From Gammaproteobacteria bacterium (GTDB taxonomy: Bacteria; Pseudomonadota; Gammaproteobacteria; RBG-16-57-12): 64,000 nucleotides of DNA. The notes under the pieces were generated by a model, which saw nothing but the letters and a program-made list of their open reading frames with translations, was not told where the DNA came from and did no database searches. Location of the stretch: the NCBI GenBank assembly GCA_021647245.1, contig JAKIVC010000011.1, positions 1,470 to 65,469 of the forward strand. Direction: 5' to 3'. This document shows positions 20,867 to 34,402 of the stretch, in pieces. The position numbers and the translations under genes are program-made. Within the stretch, counting starts at the first letter, position 1, and each line of letters opens with the position of its first letter.

Positions 20867-23740
20867 CTACTCAGCAACGATAACTTGCTGCCAGATTCTA
20901 GATACCGCTTGGCGATAGTCCAAATGCTCGTCTTCATCGGCTAGTGCTGGCTGCTCCTGCAAGGAGAGGCGGTGCCCTTCTGCGCGATAACAGCGATAAG
21001 CATCACACAATAACTCAACATCATGAGTTGATAGCAGGTCCTGCTCTGCAAACATCTTCAAAATTCGGATGTTGTCAGTAAAACGACACAACTCAGGATA
21101 TTCAGCCGACCAAGCCAGAACCCCGTATTGCACCATAAATTCGATGTCAGCGATACCTCCTTGCCCCTGTTTCAGGTCAAATTTACCGACTATTTTATTT
21201 GCCAGTGCCTCGCGCATCTTGCCACGCATCTCACGCACTTCACGTTGCAATAGGCGGGTTTCCCGTGGCTGACAGAGAATAGCCGCTCGAATCGCTTCAA
21301 ATTTGGCTTGTACGACGTCATCACCCACCACCACACGGGCACGCACTAAGGCCTGGTGCTCCCATGTCCACGCTCTGCTTTTCTGGTAGTCAGCAAAGGC
21401 TTTGACGCTACTCACCAATAGACCCGAGGCACCGCTGGGGCGCAGCCGCATATCGGCATCATAGAGCACTCCTGAGGGGGTATGGGCGGTCATCATATGG
21501 ATGATGCGCTGCCCCAGGCGTGCAAAAAAAACAGTGTTATCGATAGGCTTTTCACCACAGGTTTCACCTGCTGAGCCCGCATGTAGAAAGACCAGATCCA
21601 GATCAGAGCTATACCCCAATTCATGACCACCCAGCTTTCCATAGGCGACAATCGCAAAGGCGAGGTCACACGCCTTATCATCAATGCAGCAGACGGGGCT
21701 ACCGTGACGAGCCACCATATAGGACCACGCCACTTCTGAAATCTGCTCTAGCAGTAACTCGGCAATCCAGGTCAGGTGGTCACTCACTTTCATCAACGGC
21801 AAGGCATTACTGAGGTCAGCTGCGGCCACCCGCAACACATTGGTTTGTTTGAAGTGACGCAGCTGCTCCATCACCGCCTCCAGGTCACCCTCATCAATCG
21901 CCGCCAGGCGCTGTTTTAACTCGGCCTCTAAGCCCGCCCTATCGGGTGGTGAGTAGAGGCTTCTGGGGTCAAGCAGCTCGTCCAGTAGCATGGGATATTT
22001 TTGTAACAACCGGCCAATCCAGCTGCTCCCTGAAAAGAGGTAGACCAGTTGAGAGAGCGCCAGTGGGTTTTCAATCAGCAGTGCTACATAGGCTGAGCGA
22101 CGCGCAATCGTCTCCATCAAGCCCATCACCCGCTCCAAGGTTACACTACAGTTATCCAGTATTGCGATGGCCGCTAGTAACAGCGGCATCAGTTGGTCCA
22201 TGCGATCACGGGCGATATGACTCAAGGTCTGCATCGATCTTGAGTGTCGCAACCCTTTCAGCTGCACCCAAACAGCGGCTGGATCCTCAAAGCCTGCTTT
22301 TTCGAGTGATGCCGCCACCTCGTCATCAAACTCATCAGATAGCCATAAAGCGGCCAAACCATCAGCGTCATCATATCCTTTTTGGGGGGCGCTAATAATC
22401 TGTTCAAAATGACCTTGCACCTTGTCCCGGTGCTGCTGCAATACGGCTTGATAGCGATACCAACTGGAAAACCCCATGCCGATAGCCAGTCGCAGCTTTC
22501 CCTCATCATCTGTTGGCAAGTCGTGGGTCTGCTGGTCTCGCCACTGCTGGAGACGGTGCTCGCTGTTACGCAAAAAAAGATAGGCCTCTTTAAGCTCATT
22601 CACCACGTAGTCAGGTAGACAGTTCTGCTCAACCAGCTGCTCGAGAATGTAGAGGATTTCACGACGCTGTAACTCTCTACAGCGGCCACCACGAATCAGC
22701 TGAAAGACCTGACCGATAAACTCCACCTCACGAATCCCTCCGGGGCCAAGTTTGACATTGTCTTGTCTGCCCTTGCGCTTCACCTCCTGCATAATCATGC
22801 GTTTCATCTCACGCAGTGCATCAAATACGCCATAGTCGATGTAGCGGCGATAGACAAAAGGCCTCAACAATCCCATTAGCACTTCACCTGCCGCTTGATC
22901 CCCCGCACAGACTCGGGCTTTAATCATTGCGTAGCGCTCCCACTCTCGGCCATGTATCTGGTAATACTGCTCCATGCCGTTGAATGAGCTAACCAGTGGC
23001 CCACTCTCTCCAAAGGGTCGCAGGCGCATATCTACACGAAAAACCTGGCCGTCTTCAGTGGTGTTATCCAGCGCCTGCACTACTTTTTGCCCCAGTCGAC
23101 GGAAAAACTCTTCATTGCTGATAACACGCTTTTCACCATCAGTTTCGCCCTGCTCAGGATAAGCAAAAACAAGATCCACATCGGATGAGTAATTAAGTTC
23201 GCGGGCCCCCAGCTTCCCCATCCCCAAAATCACCAGCTGCTGTGGCTCGCCTTGGGGATTACGCGGCGTGCCGTGGCTCTCAACAAGCCAGCCATAATGA
23301 AGCGCCAATGCCAGTTGAAGTGAGCTGTCAGCCAGATCAGAGAGGTCATTTGTGGTCTCAACCAGATCGGCCACACCCACCAGATCGCGCCATGCAATAC
23401 GGACCATTTCGCGTCGTCGCTGCGTTCTCAGTAGGCGATTTAAACCCACTTCATCGTCAATCAATGGCGGCTGTGCCCGCAGTAGCCCGAGCATTTTCCC
23501 TTTATCATAAGTCGTATCAAGATCACCACTCTCAAGCAGTGACTCCATCATCAGCGGATAGCGCAACGCCGCATTCTGTACGAACTCACTACAACCCCAG
23601 ACCAAAAAGAGTTGCCGCTTAAGTTCTGGCGGGCTAAATAGAGAGTCTTGCCGCCCCGCCTGTTGGAGCTTTTCACAGTAGAGCACCCATTGTGCATCCA
23701 AACTTTCGTGCCATGATGAAGGAAGTGGAAGATGGGACAT
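20867..23740 (-). CDS. glnE: bifunctional glutamine synthetase adenylyltransferase/adenylyl-removing enzyme
   Basis: 957 aa; two nucleotidyltransferase domains (GKLGGHELGYSSDLDLVF / GMGKLGARELNYSSDVDLVF). Confidence 0.93.
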   Translation of the reverse strand: MSHLPLPSSWHESLDAQWVLYCEKLQQAGRQDSLFSPPELKRQLFLVWGCSEFVQNAALRYPLMMESLLESGDLDTTYDKGKMLGLLRAQPPLIDDEVGLNRLLRTQRRREMVRIAWRDLVGVADLVETTNDLSDLADSSLQLALALHYGWLVESHGTPRNPQGEPQQLVILGMGKLGARELNYSSDVDLVFAYPEQGETDGEKRVISNEEFFRRLGQKVVQALDNTTEDGQVFRVDMRLRPFGESGPLVSSFNGMEQYYQIHGREWERYAMIKARVCAGDQAAGEVLMGLLRPFVYRRYIDYGVFDALREMKRMIMQEVKRKGRQDNVKLGPGGIREVEFIGQVFQLIRGGRCRELQRREILYILEQLVEQNCLPDYVVNELKEAYLFLRNSEHRLQQWRDQQTHDLPTDDEGKLRLAIGMGFSSWYRYQAVLQQHRDKVQGHFEQIISAPQKGYDDADGLAALWLSDEFDDEVAASLEKAGFEDPAAVWVQLKGLRHSRSMQTLSHIARDRMDQLMPLLLAAIAILDNCSVTLERVMGLMETIARRSAYVALLIENPLALSQLVYLFSGSSWIGRLLQKYPMLLDELLDPRSLYSPPDRAGLEAELKQRLAAIDEGDLEAVMEQLRHFKQTNVLRVAAADLSNALPLMKVSDHLTWIAELLLEQISEVAWSYMVARHGSPVCCIDDKACDLAFAIVAYGKLGGHELGYSSDLDLVFLHAGSAGETCGEKPIDNTVFFARLGQRIIHMMTAHTPSGVLYDADMRLRPSGASGLLVSSVKAFADYQKSRAWTWEHQALVRARVVVGDDVVQAKFEAIRAAILCQPRETRLLQREVREMRGKMREALANKIVGKFDLKQGQGGIADIEFMVQYGVLAWSAEYPELCRFTDNIRILKMFAEQDLLSTHDVELLCDAYRCYRAEGHRLSLQEQPALADEDEHLDYRQAVSRIWQQVIVAE

Positions 23741-23878
23741 TAAGCGACCTTAATTGGTTTTATATTGGGATTCAGTGTAGCAAGCTGTGCCGGCCAATTC
23801 ATTAAAGCTCTCTGAGGGCACACCGATAAAACTTTCAGACAAGTCATTGTGACAACGGGCACAGAAGGGCTACAACTT

Positions 23879-25057
23879 ATGGATATAAAGGATTACCTGC
23901 GCATCATGGTGAAATATGATGCCTCCGACCTCTATCTCACCACGGGTGCACCACCCAGTGCAAAAATCCAGGGTGAGATCAAACCACTCAGCAAAGATAC
24001 AATACCACCTGGCTCAGTTAAAGATGTCGCCTACAAAATAATGAGTGCGGAACAAATCGCCGAATTCGAAACCACACCCGAGATGAACCTAGCAATTTCT
24101 GAACCGGGTGTCGGCCGTTTCCGGGTTAATATTTTCCAACAGCGCAACCAGGTTGCAATGGTGATTCGTAATATCAAGATTGAGATTCCTGAGATGGAAA
24201 CACTGGGACTGCCCGATACTCTTAAAGATATCATTATGCAGAAGCACGGGCTGGTTCTCTTTGTGGGTGGCACCGGTTCAGGAAAGTCCACCTCCCTCGC
24301 CTCACTTATCGATTATCGCAACAGCAACAGCTCAGGCCACATCATCACCATTGAGGACCCGATTGAATTTGTCCATCGCCATAAAAAATCGATCGTCAAT
24401 CAGCGTGAAGTCGGTGTTGATACCGCCAGTTATGCAGATGCGCTTAAAAACACCCTTCGCCAGGCACCTGATGTCATCCTGATTGGCGAGATCCGCGACC
24501 GGGAAACCATGGAGCACGCACTCTCTTTTGCAGAGACGGGCCACTTGGCAATCTCCACCTTGCACGCCAATAACTCAAACCAGGCGCTGGACCGAATCAT
24601 CAACTTCTTCCCCGAAGATCGGCATAAGCAGCTGTTAATGGACCTATCACTCAATATACGGGCATTTGTCTCACAACGGCTGATACCGACACTGGATGGC
24701 AAACGCTGCGCGGCTATCGAGATTTTGCTGGGTACGCCGTTGATTCAGGACATGATATTGAAAGGGCAGGTTAAGGAGATAAAGGAGGTGATGGAGAAGT
24801 CAGAAAACCTCGGCATGCGTACATTTGATTCGGCCCTCTACCACCTCTACAAGGCAGGCAGAATCACCCTGAATGAAGCATTAAAGAATGCCGATTCAGA
24901 AAACAACCTTCGCCTGCGTATTTCACTCTCTGAAGGTGATGTCTCGACACTTGCCGACGACAGTGCCTTAAAAATGAAAGGTGAGGACGATGCGCCACAA
25001 TCAATAAAACCATCGAGACCCAAAATGCCCGCTGGCGGGCTCTCTATAGATGACTAA
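23879..25057 (+). CDS. pilU: type IV pilus retraction ATPase PilU (PilT family)
   Basis: Near-collinear with PilU: LRIMVKYDASDLYLTTGAPP, Walker A GGTGSGKSTSLASL, Walker B ILIGEIRD; start at ATG with AAGGG SD (track start is GTG 10 codons upstream). Confidence 0.8.
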   Translation: MDIKDYLRIMVKYDASDLYLTTGAPPSAKIQGEIKPLSKDTIPPGSVKDVAYKIMSAEQIAEFETTPEMNLAISEPGVGRFRVNIFQQRNQVAMVIRNIKIEIPEMETLGLPDTLKDIIMQKHGLVLFVGGTGSGKSTSLASLIDYRNSNSSGHIITIEDPIEFVHRHKKSIVNQREVGVDTASYADALKNTLRQAPDVILIGEIRDRETMEHALSFAETGHLAISTLHANNSNQALDRIINFFPEDRHKQLLMDLSLNIRAFVSQRLIPTLDGKRCAAIEILLGTPLIQDMILKGQVKEIKEVMEKSENLGMRTFDSALYHLYKAGRITLNEALKNADSENNLRLRISLSEGDVSTLADDSALKMKGEDDAPQSIKPSRPKMPAGGLSIDD

Positions 25058-25087
25058 TAAAAAGGCCATGGAGATCCATGGCCTTTT
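25058..25087. terminator. bidirectional rho-independent terminator between pilU (+) and hemE (-)
   Basis: aaaaa-GGCCATGG-agatc-CCATGGCC-ttttt: perfect 8-bp GC-rich stem flanked by an A-run and a T-run. Confidence 0.8.
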
Positions 25088-25112
25088 TCATTTCCAGAGA
25101 GTGCGAACGACA

Positions 25113-26177
25113 TTACTTGTGGTATTTAGCACTCAACTCATGAACTGCATTAACAAAAGCACCCGCATGTTCAGGGTCTACATGCTGGTGGATACCGTGT
25201 CCCAGGTTGAAAATATGACCTGAACCTTCGCCATAACCTTCTAGGATAGTCGCCACTTCTTGGCGAATACGCTCAGGAGAAGCGTAGAGTGTTGATGGAT
25301 CCATATTACCCTGCAGGGCAACTTTATCACCCACCCGCGCACGGGCATCTGCAATATCAATGGTCCAGTCCAGCCCCAGCGCATCACAACCAGTGTCAGC
25401 CATCGCTTCAAGCCACTGGCCACCGCCTTTCGTGAACAGTATAACCGGCACTTTACGACCATCTTTCTCTCGAATCAGGCCATCAATAATCTGCTGCATA
25501 TAACGCAGTGAAAACTCTTTGTAATCACGCGGTGTCAGGCAACCACCCCAAGTATCAAATATTTGCACCGCTTGTGCACCCGCTTCGATCTGGGCATTCA
25601 GGTAAGAGGTGACTGATTTTGCAGTTGTCTCCAGCAGTTTGTGCATGAGATCCGGGCGATCAAACATCATTCCCTTCACCTTGGCATAATCTTTGGTGCC
25701 CCCCCCTTCAACCATGTAAACCGCCAGTGTCCACGGGCTACCGGAGAAACCGATCAAGGGAACACGGCCATTCAGCTCGCGGCGAATAGTGCGCACAGCA
25801 TTCATTACATACTGCAACTCACCTTCAGGGTCAGGCACAAATAGTTTGTTAACATCCGCCTCAGTGCGTACCGGATTATCAAAAACCGGCCCTTCACCCG
25901 CTTCAAAACGTAATCCGAGACCCATGGCATCAGGGATGGTCAAGATATCTGAAAAGAGAATTGCCGCATCCAATGGATAACGTTCAAGCGGCTGAATAGT
26001 CACTTCACATGCCAGATCTGCATTCTTACAAAGATCCATAAAGCTCCCAGCCTGAGCACGCGTTGCCTTATACTCTGGCAAATAACGACCCGCTTGGCGC
26101 ATCATCCAGACCGGCGTGACATCAACAGGCTCTTTCAGCAAGGCACGTAAAAAACGATCATTCTTCAATTCAGACAT
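25113..26177 (-). CDS. hemE: uroporphyrinogen decarboxylase
   Basis: 354 aa; [15 protein letters not shown] signature. Confidence 0.93.
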   Translation of the reverse strand: MSELKNDRFLRALLKEPVDVTPVWMMRQAGRYLPEYKATRAQAGSFMDLCKNADLACEVTIQPLERYPLDAAILFSDILTIPDAMGLGLRFEAGEGPVFDNPVRTEADVNKLFVPDPEGELQYVMNAVRTIRRELNGRVPLIGFSGSPWTLAVYMVEGGGTKDYAKVKGMMFDRPDLMHKLLETTAKSVTSYLNAQIEAGAQAVQIFDTWGGCLTPRDYKEFSLRYMQQIIDGLIREKDGRKVPVILFTKGGGQWLEAMADTGCDALGLDWTIDIADARARVGDKVALQGNMDPSTLYASPERIRQEVATILEGYGEGSGHIFNLGHGIHQHVDPEHAGAFVNAVHELSAKYHK

Positions 26178-26257
26178 CTAACTTCCTTTCCCCAATATAG
26201 TTTTTTTATGGCCCAGGCGATTATGCGAGAGTCGGTCGTATAATTGTAAAAGAGGCT

Positions 26258-27682
<1,425 letters not shown>

Positions 27683-27706
27683 TCATTAATCTTGTAATGG
27701 CGGCAC

Positions 27707-30700
27707 TTAAGCCGCTGCTTTTTGCAGATCTTCCAGCAGTGATGCCAGCTCTGCAGCCTTCGGCTTAACCAGCCAGAACTTGCCCACCATGCCGGCAAAG
27801 TTATCCAAAATAGCTTGGCCCCGCGCACTACCGGTCTCATTCACAAACTCTTCAATCACGGTGTACAGGTGGTTTCGATAAGCCTCCATCGATTCTGTAC
27901 CCACACGGTGTATATCGATTAGCTCATGGTTATAACGATCGACAAAGCTGTTATCTTCATCCAGCACGTAGGCAAAACCACCCGTCATACCTGCACCAAA
28001 ATTAACACCACTCTGCCCTAGGATGGTTAACATGCCGCCGGTCATATACTCTGCGCCATGGTCACCAATTCCTTCAACAACGGCATAGGCACCTGAGTTA
28101 CGCACCGCAAAACGTTCACCGGCAAGGCCCGCCGCCAGCAACTTACCACCGGTTGCGCCGTACAGGCAGGTGTTACCAATAATCGTTGTTTCGTGGCTGT
28201 TAAAGCGGCTCCCTTTGGGAGGATAGACAACCAGCTTGCCGCCTGCCATGCCCTTGCCAACATAGTCGTTGGCATCGCCCTCAAGGTACATCTCTAGGCC
28301 GCCGGCATTCCATACCCCGAACGACTGCCCTGCCGTACCGGTAAGGCGTAGTGTGATCGGTGCATCCGACATACCCAAATTACTATGCCTGATGGCAATT
28401 TCACCTGAAAGGCGTGCCCCTATAGAGCGGTCGGTATTTTTTACGCAATAGCTAAACTCACCACCGAGTTTATTTTCAATTGCCGAGAGTGCATCGGCAA
28501 CCATTTTTTCTGCGGTTTCACCCTTATCGAAAGGCTCATTTTTGGGTTCTACACAGTACTGGGGCTTATCGTCATCAACCGTTACCAACAGGGGTGTCAA
28601 ATCCAGGCGCGCCTGTTTTGCAGTTTCACCTTTAATCACCTCTAGCAGATCTACTCGACCAATGAGCTCTGATAGCTGCGAAACACCTAGCGAGGCCATA
28701 ATTTGACGCACATCTTCGGCAATAAAACGGAAGTAGTTCATCACCTTCTCTACTGTTCCGGTGTAGTACTCTTTACGCAGAATATTATCCTGAGTTGCAA
28801 TACCCGTGGCACAATTATTGAGATGGCAGATACGCAGATATTTGCAGCCCATCGCAACCATAGGGCCGGTACCAAAACCAAAGCTCTCTGCACCCAGAAT
28901 GGCCGCTTTAATCACGTCAAGACCGGTTTTCAGCCCGCCATCGGTCTGCACTCTGACCTTCTCTCGCAGATTATTAGCGCGCAGCGTCTGGTGAGTCTCT
29001 GCCAGACCCAGCTCCCACGGGCCGCCACAATATTTAACCGACGTAAGGGGTGATGCGCCGGTGCCGCCGTCAAAACCGGAGATGGTGATCAGATCAGCAT
29101 AAGCCTTGGCAACACCGGCAGCAATGGTGCCCACGCCCGCCTCGGCAACCAGTTTTACTGAGATCAATGCCTCGGGGTTAATCTGCTTCAAGTCATAAAT
29201 AAGCTGTGACAAATCTTCAATGGAATAGATGTCATGATGCGGCGGGGGTGAGATCAGGCCAACGCCCGGCTTACAGTAGCGCAGCGTCGCGATCAGATCA
29301 TTCACCTTATGACCAGGCAACTGTCCACCCTCCCCCGGCTTAGCGCCCTGTGCCACCTTGATCTGTAACACTTCAGCACTGCGCAAGTAGGCGGGGGTTA
29401 CACCAAATCGACCCGATGCAATCTGTTTTATTTTGGAGCGTTTGATGGTGCCGTAACGAACAGAATCCTCACCACCTTCGCCAGAATTTGAGCGGGCACC
29501 CAGGCGATTCATCGCCTCGGCCAGTGTCTCATGCGCCTCTGGCGACAGTGCGCCCAGCGACATGGCAGCCGAGTCGAAACGCTTATAGATCTCTTCAGCC
29601 GCCTCAACCTCTTCAAGCGGAATCGCGCTGGCCTCTTTCAGTTGCAGCATGTCACGCAGTGAGATAGGCGCACGATTATTCACCAGCTCCGCGTGTTTTT
29701 TCCAATCAGCATAGTCGCCACTTTCCACCGCACTCTGCATGGTCTTAATAACATCAGGGTTATAAGCGTGATCTTCGCCGCCATGTACATACTTCAGCAG
29801 GCCACCCTGAGACATCGCCTTGCGCGGATTCCAAGCCATCTTGTGCAGTATGGCATTATCGCCATCAAGGTCTGAAAAGTTTGAACCTTGAATGCGCGCA
29901 ACCGTTCCTTTAAAGCAGAGATCGACCACCTCGCGGTTCAGACCAACCGCTTCAAAGAGCTGCGCGCCACGATAGGAACCGATGGTTGAGATACCCATTT
30001 TCGAGATGATTTTGTAGAGCCCCTTGCCAATACCCTTGCGGTAGTTACGCTCGACATCCGCCGGATCGAAACCGGCAATCACCCCCTGCTTAACCATATC
30101 GCATAATGTTTCGTATGCAAGATAGGGGTAAACAGCCGTTGCGCCGTAGCCGATGAGAACCGCAAAGCCGTGTGGGTCACGGGCGGATGCGGTCTCAACC
30201 ACAATATTGGCATCACAACGCAAGCCTTCATCAATCAAACGGTGGTGTACCGCACCGGTGGCGAGTGCGGCATGAACCGGCCGCTTATCTTTACTGATGC
30301 CCCGATCAGAAAGGACCACTACGACCTTGCCCGCGCTGACTGCGGCGACGGCTTCATCACAAATATCGATTACCGCCTGTTTCAACTCACCCTGGCGATT
30401 CAGATCGATACGCACATGTGCATAGTTCTCTTCACGCATGTTGAGCAGCTGCTGATATTTGTTATGGGATAACACTGGGGAGTCAACCAACAGGCGATCC
30501 GCATGTTCTGCGGTCTCCTCAAACATATTGAGTTCACGGCCAAGGCAGGTCTCCAGCGACATCACCACCGCTTCTCGAATAGGATCGATGGGGGGGTTGG
30601 TTACCTGGGCAAATTGCTGACGAAAGTAGTCATAGGGTGAGCGGACTTGGCGCGACAACACCGCCAACGGTGTGTCATCTCCCATGGAACCCACCGCTTC

Positions 30701-32176
30701 CTGCCCGCTCTCGGCAAGTACGCGCAGCACCTGCTCCCGCTCTTCATAGCTGACTTGGAATTGCTTCTCATAAACACTCAATTCTTCATCACTCAGCGAA
30801 CGAACCCCAGAGTTTTCACCACTCAATTTTGACTTAAGGTGTTTTGCATTTTCCGACATCCACGCCTTGTAAGGGTGGCGTGACTTCAGCATATCATCCA
30901 CATCTTGTGGCAACAGAAGCTCACCGGTCTCCGTATCAACCGCCAGCATTTCACCCGGCTTCAAACGCCCTTTTGCGACCACATCTTCAGGCGCATAGTC
31001 ATAAACACCGATCTCAGATGCCAAGGTAATATGACGATCTTTGGTGATCACATAACGGGCCGGGCGCAAGCCATTGCGATCCAGCGTACACGCGGCGTAA
31101 CGGCCATCGGTTAACACAATACCTGCCGGGCCATCCCACGGCTCCATATGCATTGAGCTGTATTCATAAAAAGCGCGCAGATCAGGGTCCATATTAGTTA
31201 CGTTTTGCCATGCGGGTGGCACCAGCAGACGCATGGCACGAAAGATATCCATCCCGCCCGCCAGCAGTGCTTCGAGCATATTATCCATGCTGTTTGAATC
31301 GGAACCACTCAGGCTGACCAGTGGGCGTATATCCTCCATCGACAGCAGAGGTGTCTCAAATTTATGCCCACGAGCCAGTGACCAGAAGCGATTCCCCTGC
31401 ACCGTATTGATCTCGCCATTGTGTGCCAGATAACGGAAAGGCTGAGCCAAACGCCACTGCGGCCAAGTATTGGTCGAGAAGCGCTGATGAAAGACGGCCG
31501 TTGAAGTGGCCAGGCTCTGCTCATTCAGGTCTTTATAAAAGACCGGAAGATTTTCGGGCAGCACCAACCCCTTAAATGAGATAACCCGTGATGAGAGGGT
31601 TGGAATATAAAAAACCGGATCGTTAGCCTCCAGTGCTTTTTCCGTTCGGCGGCGTGCAATATAGAGGTGGCGTTCAAACGCAGCATCCGTCATATCGGCG
31701 GGTGCATTCACAAAAATTTGCTCAATCTGCGGCATGCTTTGCAGTGACTCTTCACCACAAGCACTCGCATCCGTTGGCACAACCCGCCAACCCGCAACCA
31801 CTAAGCCCTCCTTAGATATTTCACTCTCCAGCTGCACCCGCGCCGTATTCGCCAAGCCACTCTCTTGACTCATAAACACCATGCCCACCGCATAGAGATC
31901 GGTCAACTCATAACCCAGCTCAGCCGCTGCCGTACGCAGAAAGGCATCTGGCTTGCGCAGTAAAAGGCCGCAACCATCACCCGATTTACCGTCTGCGGCA
32001 ACCGCTCCACGGTGGGTCAAACGTGCCAACGCCTCAATCGAGGTCTTAACAACCCAGTGGCTTGGTTTGTTGTCCATTTGCGCAATCAGGCCAAAACCAC
32101 AGTTATCTTTTTCAAATTGACTGCGGTAAAGACCGTTTTCGTTTGGCTGCCTATTCATATCTGGAATTCTCTGCAC
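27707..32176 (-). CDS. gltB: glutamate synthase (NADPH) large subunit
   Basis: 1489 aa; N-terminal amidotransferase Cys ([10 protein letters not shown]), FMN and GXGXXG domains; start may be the ATG at 32158. Confidence 0.95.
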   Translation of the reverse strand: MQRIPDMNRQPNENGLYRSQFEKDNCGFGLIAQMDNKPSHWVVKTSIEALARLTHRGAVAADGKSGDGCGLLLRKPDAFLRTAAAELGYELTDLYAVGMVFMSQESGLANTARVQLESEISKEGLVVAGWRVVPTDASACGEESLQSMPQIEQIFVNAPADMTDAAFERHLYIARRRTEKALEANDPVFYIPTLSSRVISFKGLVLPENLPVFYKDLNEQSLATSTAVFHQRFSTNTWPQWRLAQPFRYLAHNGEINTVQGNRFWSLARGHKFETPLLSMEDIRPLVSLSGSDSNSMDNMLEALLAGGMDIFRAMRLLVPPAWQNVTNMDPDLRAFYEYSSMHMEPWDGPAGIVLTDGRYAACTLDRNGLRPARYVITKDRHITLASEIGVYDYAPEDVVAKGRLKPGEMLAVDTETGELLLPQDVDDMLKSRHPYKAWMSENAKHLKSKLSGENSGVRSLSDEELSVYEKQFQVSYEEREQVLRVLAESGQEAVGSMGDDTPLAVLSRQVRSPYDYFRQQFAQVTNPPIDPIREAVVMSLETCLGRELNMFEETAEHADRLLVDSPVLSHNKYQQLLNMREENYAHVRIDLNRQGELKQAVIDICDEAVAAVSAGKVVVVLSDRGISKDKRPVHAALATGAVHHRLIDEGLRCDANIVVETASARDPHGFAVLIGYGATAVYPYLAYETLCDMVKQGVIAGFDPADVERNYRKGIGKGLYKIISKMGISTIGSYRGAQLFEAVGLNREVVDLCFKGTVARIQGSNFSDLDGDNAILHKMAWNPRKAMSQGGLLKYVHGGEDHAYNPDVIKTMQSAVESGDYADWKKHAELVNNRAPISLRDMLQLKEASAIPLEEVEAAEEIYKRFDSAAMSLGALSPEAHETLAEAMNRLGARSNSGEGGEDSVRYGTIKRSKIKQIASGRFGVTPAYLRSAEVLQIKVAQGAKPGEGGQLPGHKVNDLIATLRYCKPGVGLISPPPHHDIYSIEDLSQLIYDLKQINPEALISVKLVAEAGVGTIAAGVAKAYADLITISGFDGGTGASPLTSVKYCGGPWELGLAETHQTLRANNLREKVRVQTDGGLKTGLDVIKAAILGAESFGFGTGPMVAMGCKYLRICHLNNCATGIATQDNILRKEYYTGTVEKVMNYFRFIAEDVRQIMASLGVSQLSELIGRVDLLEVIKGETAKQARLDLTPLLVTVDDDKPQYCVEPKNEPFDKGETAEKMVADALSAIENKLGGEFSYCVKNTDRSIGARLSGEIAIRHSNLGMSDAPITLRLTGTAGQSFGVWNAGGLEMYLEGDANDYVGKGMAGGKLVVYPPKGSRFNSHETTIIGNTCLYGATGGKLLAAGLAGERFAVRNSGAYAVVEGIGDHGAEYMTGGMLTILGQSGVNFGAGMTGGFAYVLDEDNSFVDRYNHELIDIHRVGTESMEAYRNHLYTVIEEFVNETGSARGQAILDNFAGMVGKFWLVKPKAAELASLLEDLQKAAA

Positions 32177-32412
32177 CGTGCTGTTTTTCTTGGTCTACGT
32201 CCAGACAGAAGCCAATGACAGGCAAACCATCCACACGACAAAAGGGTTCGAGATTATACATTCGCAAGCCAATACATTCAATTACTAAGAAAGCCCCACT
32301 ATCGCCCATCACCACTAGTTTGCGAATTTGTGTGATTTACGGGCTAGTGAATCAAAGGTGCTTAAGCTATTATCCACCCCTCTTGTACGCTTATAATTCA
32401 CGAGTCATCACC

Positions 32413-33735
32413 ATGCCCACCACTCCAAAAATAGGCTTCATCAGCCTTGGCTGCCCCAAAGCGACGGTTGATACCGAGCAGATCCTCACCCAACTGCGCG
32501 CCGAAGGTTATGAGTTAACCGCACAGTATGATGATTCTGAGCTGGTAATTGTTAACACCTGCGGCTTTATCGACAGCGCGGTTGATGAGTCACTGGATGC
32601 CATTGGTGAGGCACTCCGTGAAAATGGCAAGGTTATTGTTACCGGTTGCCTTGGCGCCAAAGAGGGTGTGGTTGAGACTCATCACCCACAAGTATTGGCC
32701 GTCACTGGCCCGCACGCTTTGCAGGAGGTGATGGCGCTTGTTCACCACCACATCCCCAAACCCCATGACCCATATATGGACTTGGTTCCAGCTGCGGGCC
32801 TTAAGCTGACGCCCAGCCATTACGCCTATCTGAAAATATCCGAAGGGTGTAATCACAGCTGCCGTTTCTGCATTATTCCCGACCTGCGTGGAAAGCTGGT
32901 GAGCCGCCCGATTGGTGACGTGTTAGAAGAGGCTGAAAACCTTGCCAAGGCCGGTGTGAAAGAGCTGCTAGTGATCTCACAAGATACCAGCGCTTACGGT
33001 GTTGATGTGAAATATCGCACAGGATTCTGGGGGGGCCGCCCGGTAAAAACCCACATTCAAGCGCTGGCTGAAGCACTGGGCAAGCTGGGAATTTGGATTC
33101 GTATGCACTATGTTTATCCCTACCCTAGCGTCGACAATCTGATCCCACTTATGGCGGAAGGTAAAATCCTCCCCTACCTGGACATTCCCTTCCAACACGC
33201 AAGCCCTGCGGTTCTAAAGCAGATGCGCCGCCCTGGAAACATCGAAAACACCTTTGAACGTATTCAGCAGTGGCGCAGCATCTGCCCGGATATCGCCATT
33301 CGTTCAACTTTCATTACCGGATTCCCCGGCGAAACCGAGCAAGACTTTGAGATGTTGTTACAGTTTTTAAGCGATGCCAAGCTCGACCGTGTGGGCTGCT
33401 TCCCTTATTCAGCCATTGAAGGAGCCAAGGCAAATGAGCTGCCAAAGCAAATTGATGAGGAGCTGAAAATCGAACGCGCTGAACGCTTAATGGATCTGCA
33501 AGCAGCCATTAGCGCAGATAAACTCGCCGCTAAAGTGGGTGCTCAAATGACGGTATTAGTGGACAATATTGATGCAGACGGCATGGTGATTGCGCGCTCC
33601 TATGCGGATGCCCCCGAAATTGATGGTGAAGTGCTAATCGAACAGGCCGAGGGAGTGGAGGTGGGCGACTTTGTCGATGTTGAAATCACCCACTCCAGCG
33701 AACACGACCTCTGGGGTAAAATGGTCAGCCGCTAA
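32413..33735 (+). CDS. rimO: ribosomal protein S12 methylthiotransferase
   Basis: [20 protein letters not shown]... MTTase N domain, radical [15 protein letters not shown] domain; the track ORF starting at 32062 is an in-frame upstream artefact. Confidence 0.92.
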   Translation: MPTTPKIGFISLGCPKATVDTEQILTQLRAEGYELTAQYDDSELVIVNTCGFIDSAVDESLDAIGEALRENGKVIVTGCLGAKEGVVETHHPQVLAVTGPHALQEVMALVHHHIPKPHDPYMDLVPAAGLKLTPSHYAYLKISEGCNHSCRFCIIPDLRGKLVSRPIGDVLEEAENLAKAGVKELLVISQDTSAYGVDVKYRTGFWGGRPVKTHIQALAEALGKLGIWIRMHYVYPYPSVDNLIPLMAEGKILPYLDIPFQHASPAVLKQMRRPGNIENTFERIQQWRSICPDIAIRSTFITGFPGETEQDFEMLLQFLSDAKLDRVGCFPYSAIEGAKANELPKQIDEELKIERAERLMDLQAAISADKLAAKVGAQMTVLVDNIDADGMVIARSYADAPEIDGEVLIEQAEGVEVGDFVDVEITHSSEHDLWGKMVSR

Positions 33736-33870
33736 CCCGGATACGTTGCAAAGTGGCACCGCAAATCACTTACGAATGCGTATCGTGAGATTAATATGTC
33801 GGAATAATTTAGAAAACCTCTTCGGCTTGGGATAGAATCGCCAAACATTGATTTTAATTGGGAGAGTGTC

Positions 33871-33975
33871 ATGGGTAGTAGTTATATGGGCGTGTCAATG
33901 GCTCTGGGGATTCTTATCGGAATCGCCGCCATCCTGTTTGTCATATTAAAAGGCGGACCACCAAAAGATAAATAG
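33871..33975 (+). CDS. candidate small single-TM protein (34 aa)
   Basis: ATG preceded by GGAGAG SD at -10; sequence MGSSYMGVSMALGILIGIAAILFVILKGGPPKDK; plausible -35 TAGAAA/-10 TAGAAT promoter about 35 nt upstream; weak hairpin immediately after stop. Confidence 0.3.
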   Translation: MGSSYMGVSMALGILIGIAAILFVILKGGPPKDK

Positions 33976-34096
33976 CGGGTTTAACCCGCCTGGCACAAGG
34001 CTTCTTCAGAATCGCCAAGGCTGGCTATTTTATATTGAACAAGGATGGGGGTTGTAGTTTAAACAGTGGCTTGGTAGTATTCCCGCCATCGTTATT

Positions 34097-34173
34097 TAGT
34101 CGCGTAGCTCAGTTGGTTAGAGCACCACCTTGACATGGTGGGGGTCGGTGGTTCGAATCCACTCGCGACTACC
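34097..34173 (+). tRNA. tRNA-Val (anticodon GAC)
   Basis: AGTCGCG acceptor stem pairs with CGCGACT; D-arm GCTCAGTTGGTTAGAGC; anticodon loop TTGACAT; T-arm GGTGGTTCGAATCCAC; 3' CCA encoded. Confidence 0.88.
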
Positions 34174-34187
34174 AAAATATTTCAAAA

Positions 34188-34222
34188 AACGCCGATCTGG
34201 AGAAATCTGATCGGCGTTTTTT
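34188..34222 (+). terminator. rho-independent terminator downstream of tRNA-Val
   Basis: ACGCCGATC-(11-nt loop)-GATCGGCGT followed by TTTTTTT. Confidence 0.8.
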
Positions 34223-34402
34223 TATGCAAGAAAATTTTTAATCACTCATGGGATTAGCTGTTAATATATTTCACCTGAGACTCGAAGAGTCAGGCTGTCG
34301 AAGCTACCACATTTATTTTTAATAAAAACAACACCCCTTAGCCTGGTTTCATCCAGAACGCTCATCCGAACTTAATCAGCGTTTCCTTAGTAAAGAGTAA
34401 TC

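Noticed and set aside
26178-26257. Possible gltD terminator (GAGG-ctttaaa-CCTC) between gltD and hemE.
   Set aside because: The stem is only 4 bp with a weak T-run; not enough evidence.
32062-32412. 5' extension of the rimO ORF (track start at 32062).
   Set aside because: The extension overlaps the divergent gltB 5' region and has no similarity to RimO. The conserved MTTase N-terminus begins at the ATG at 32413.
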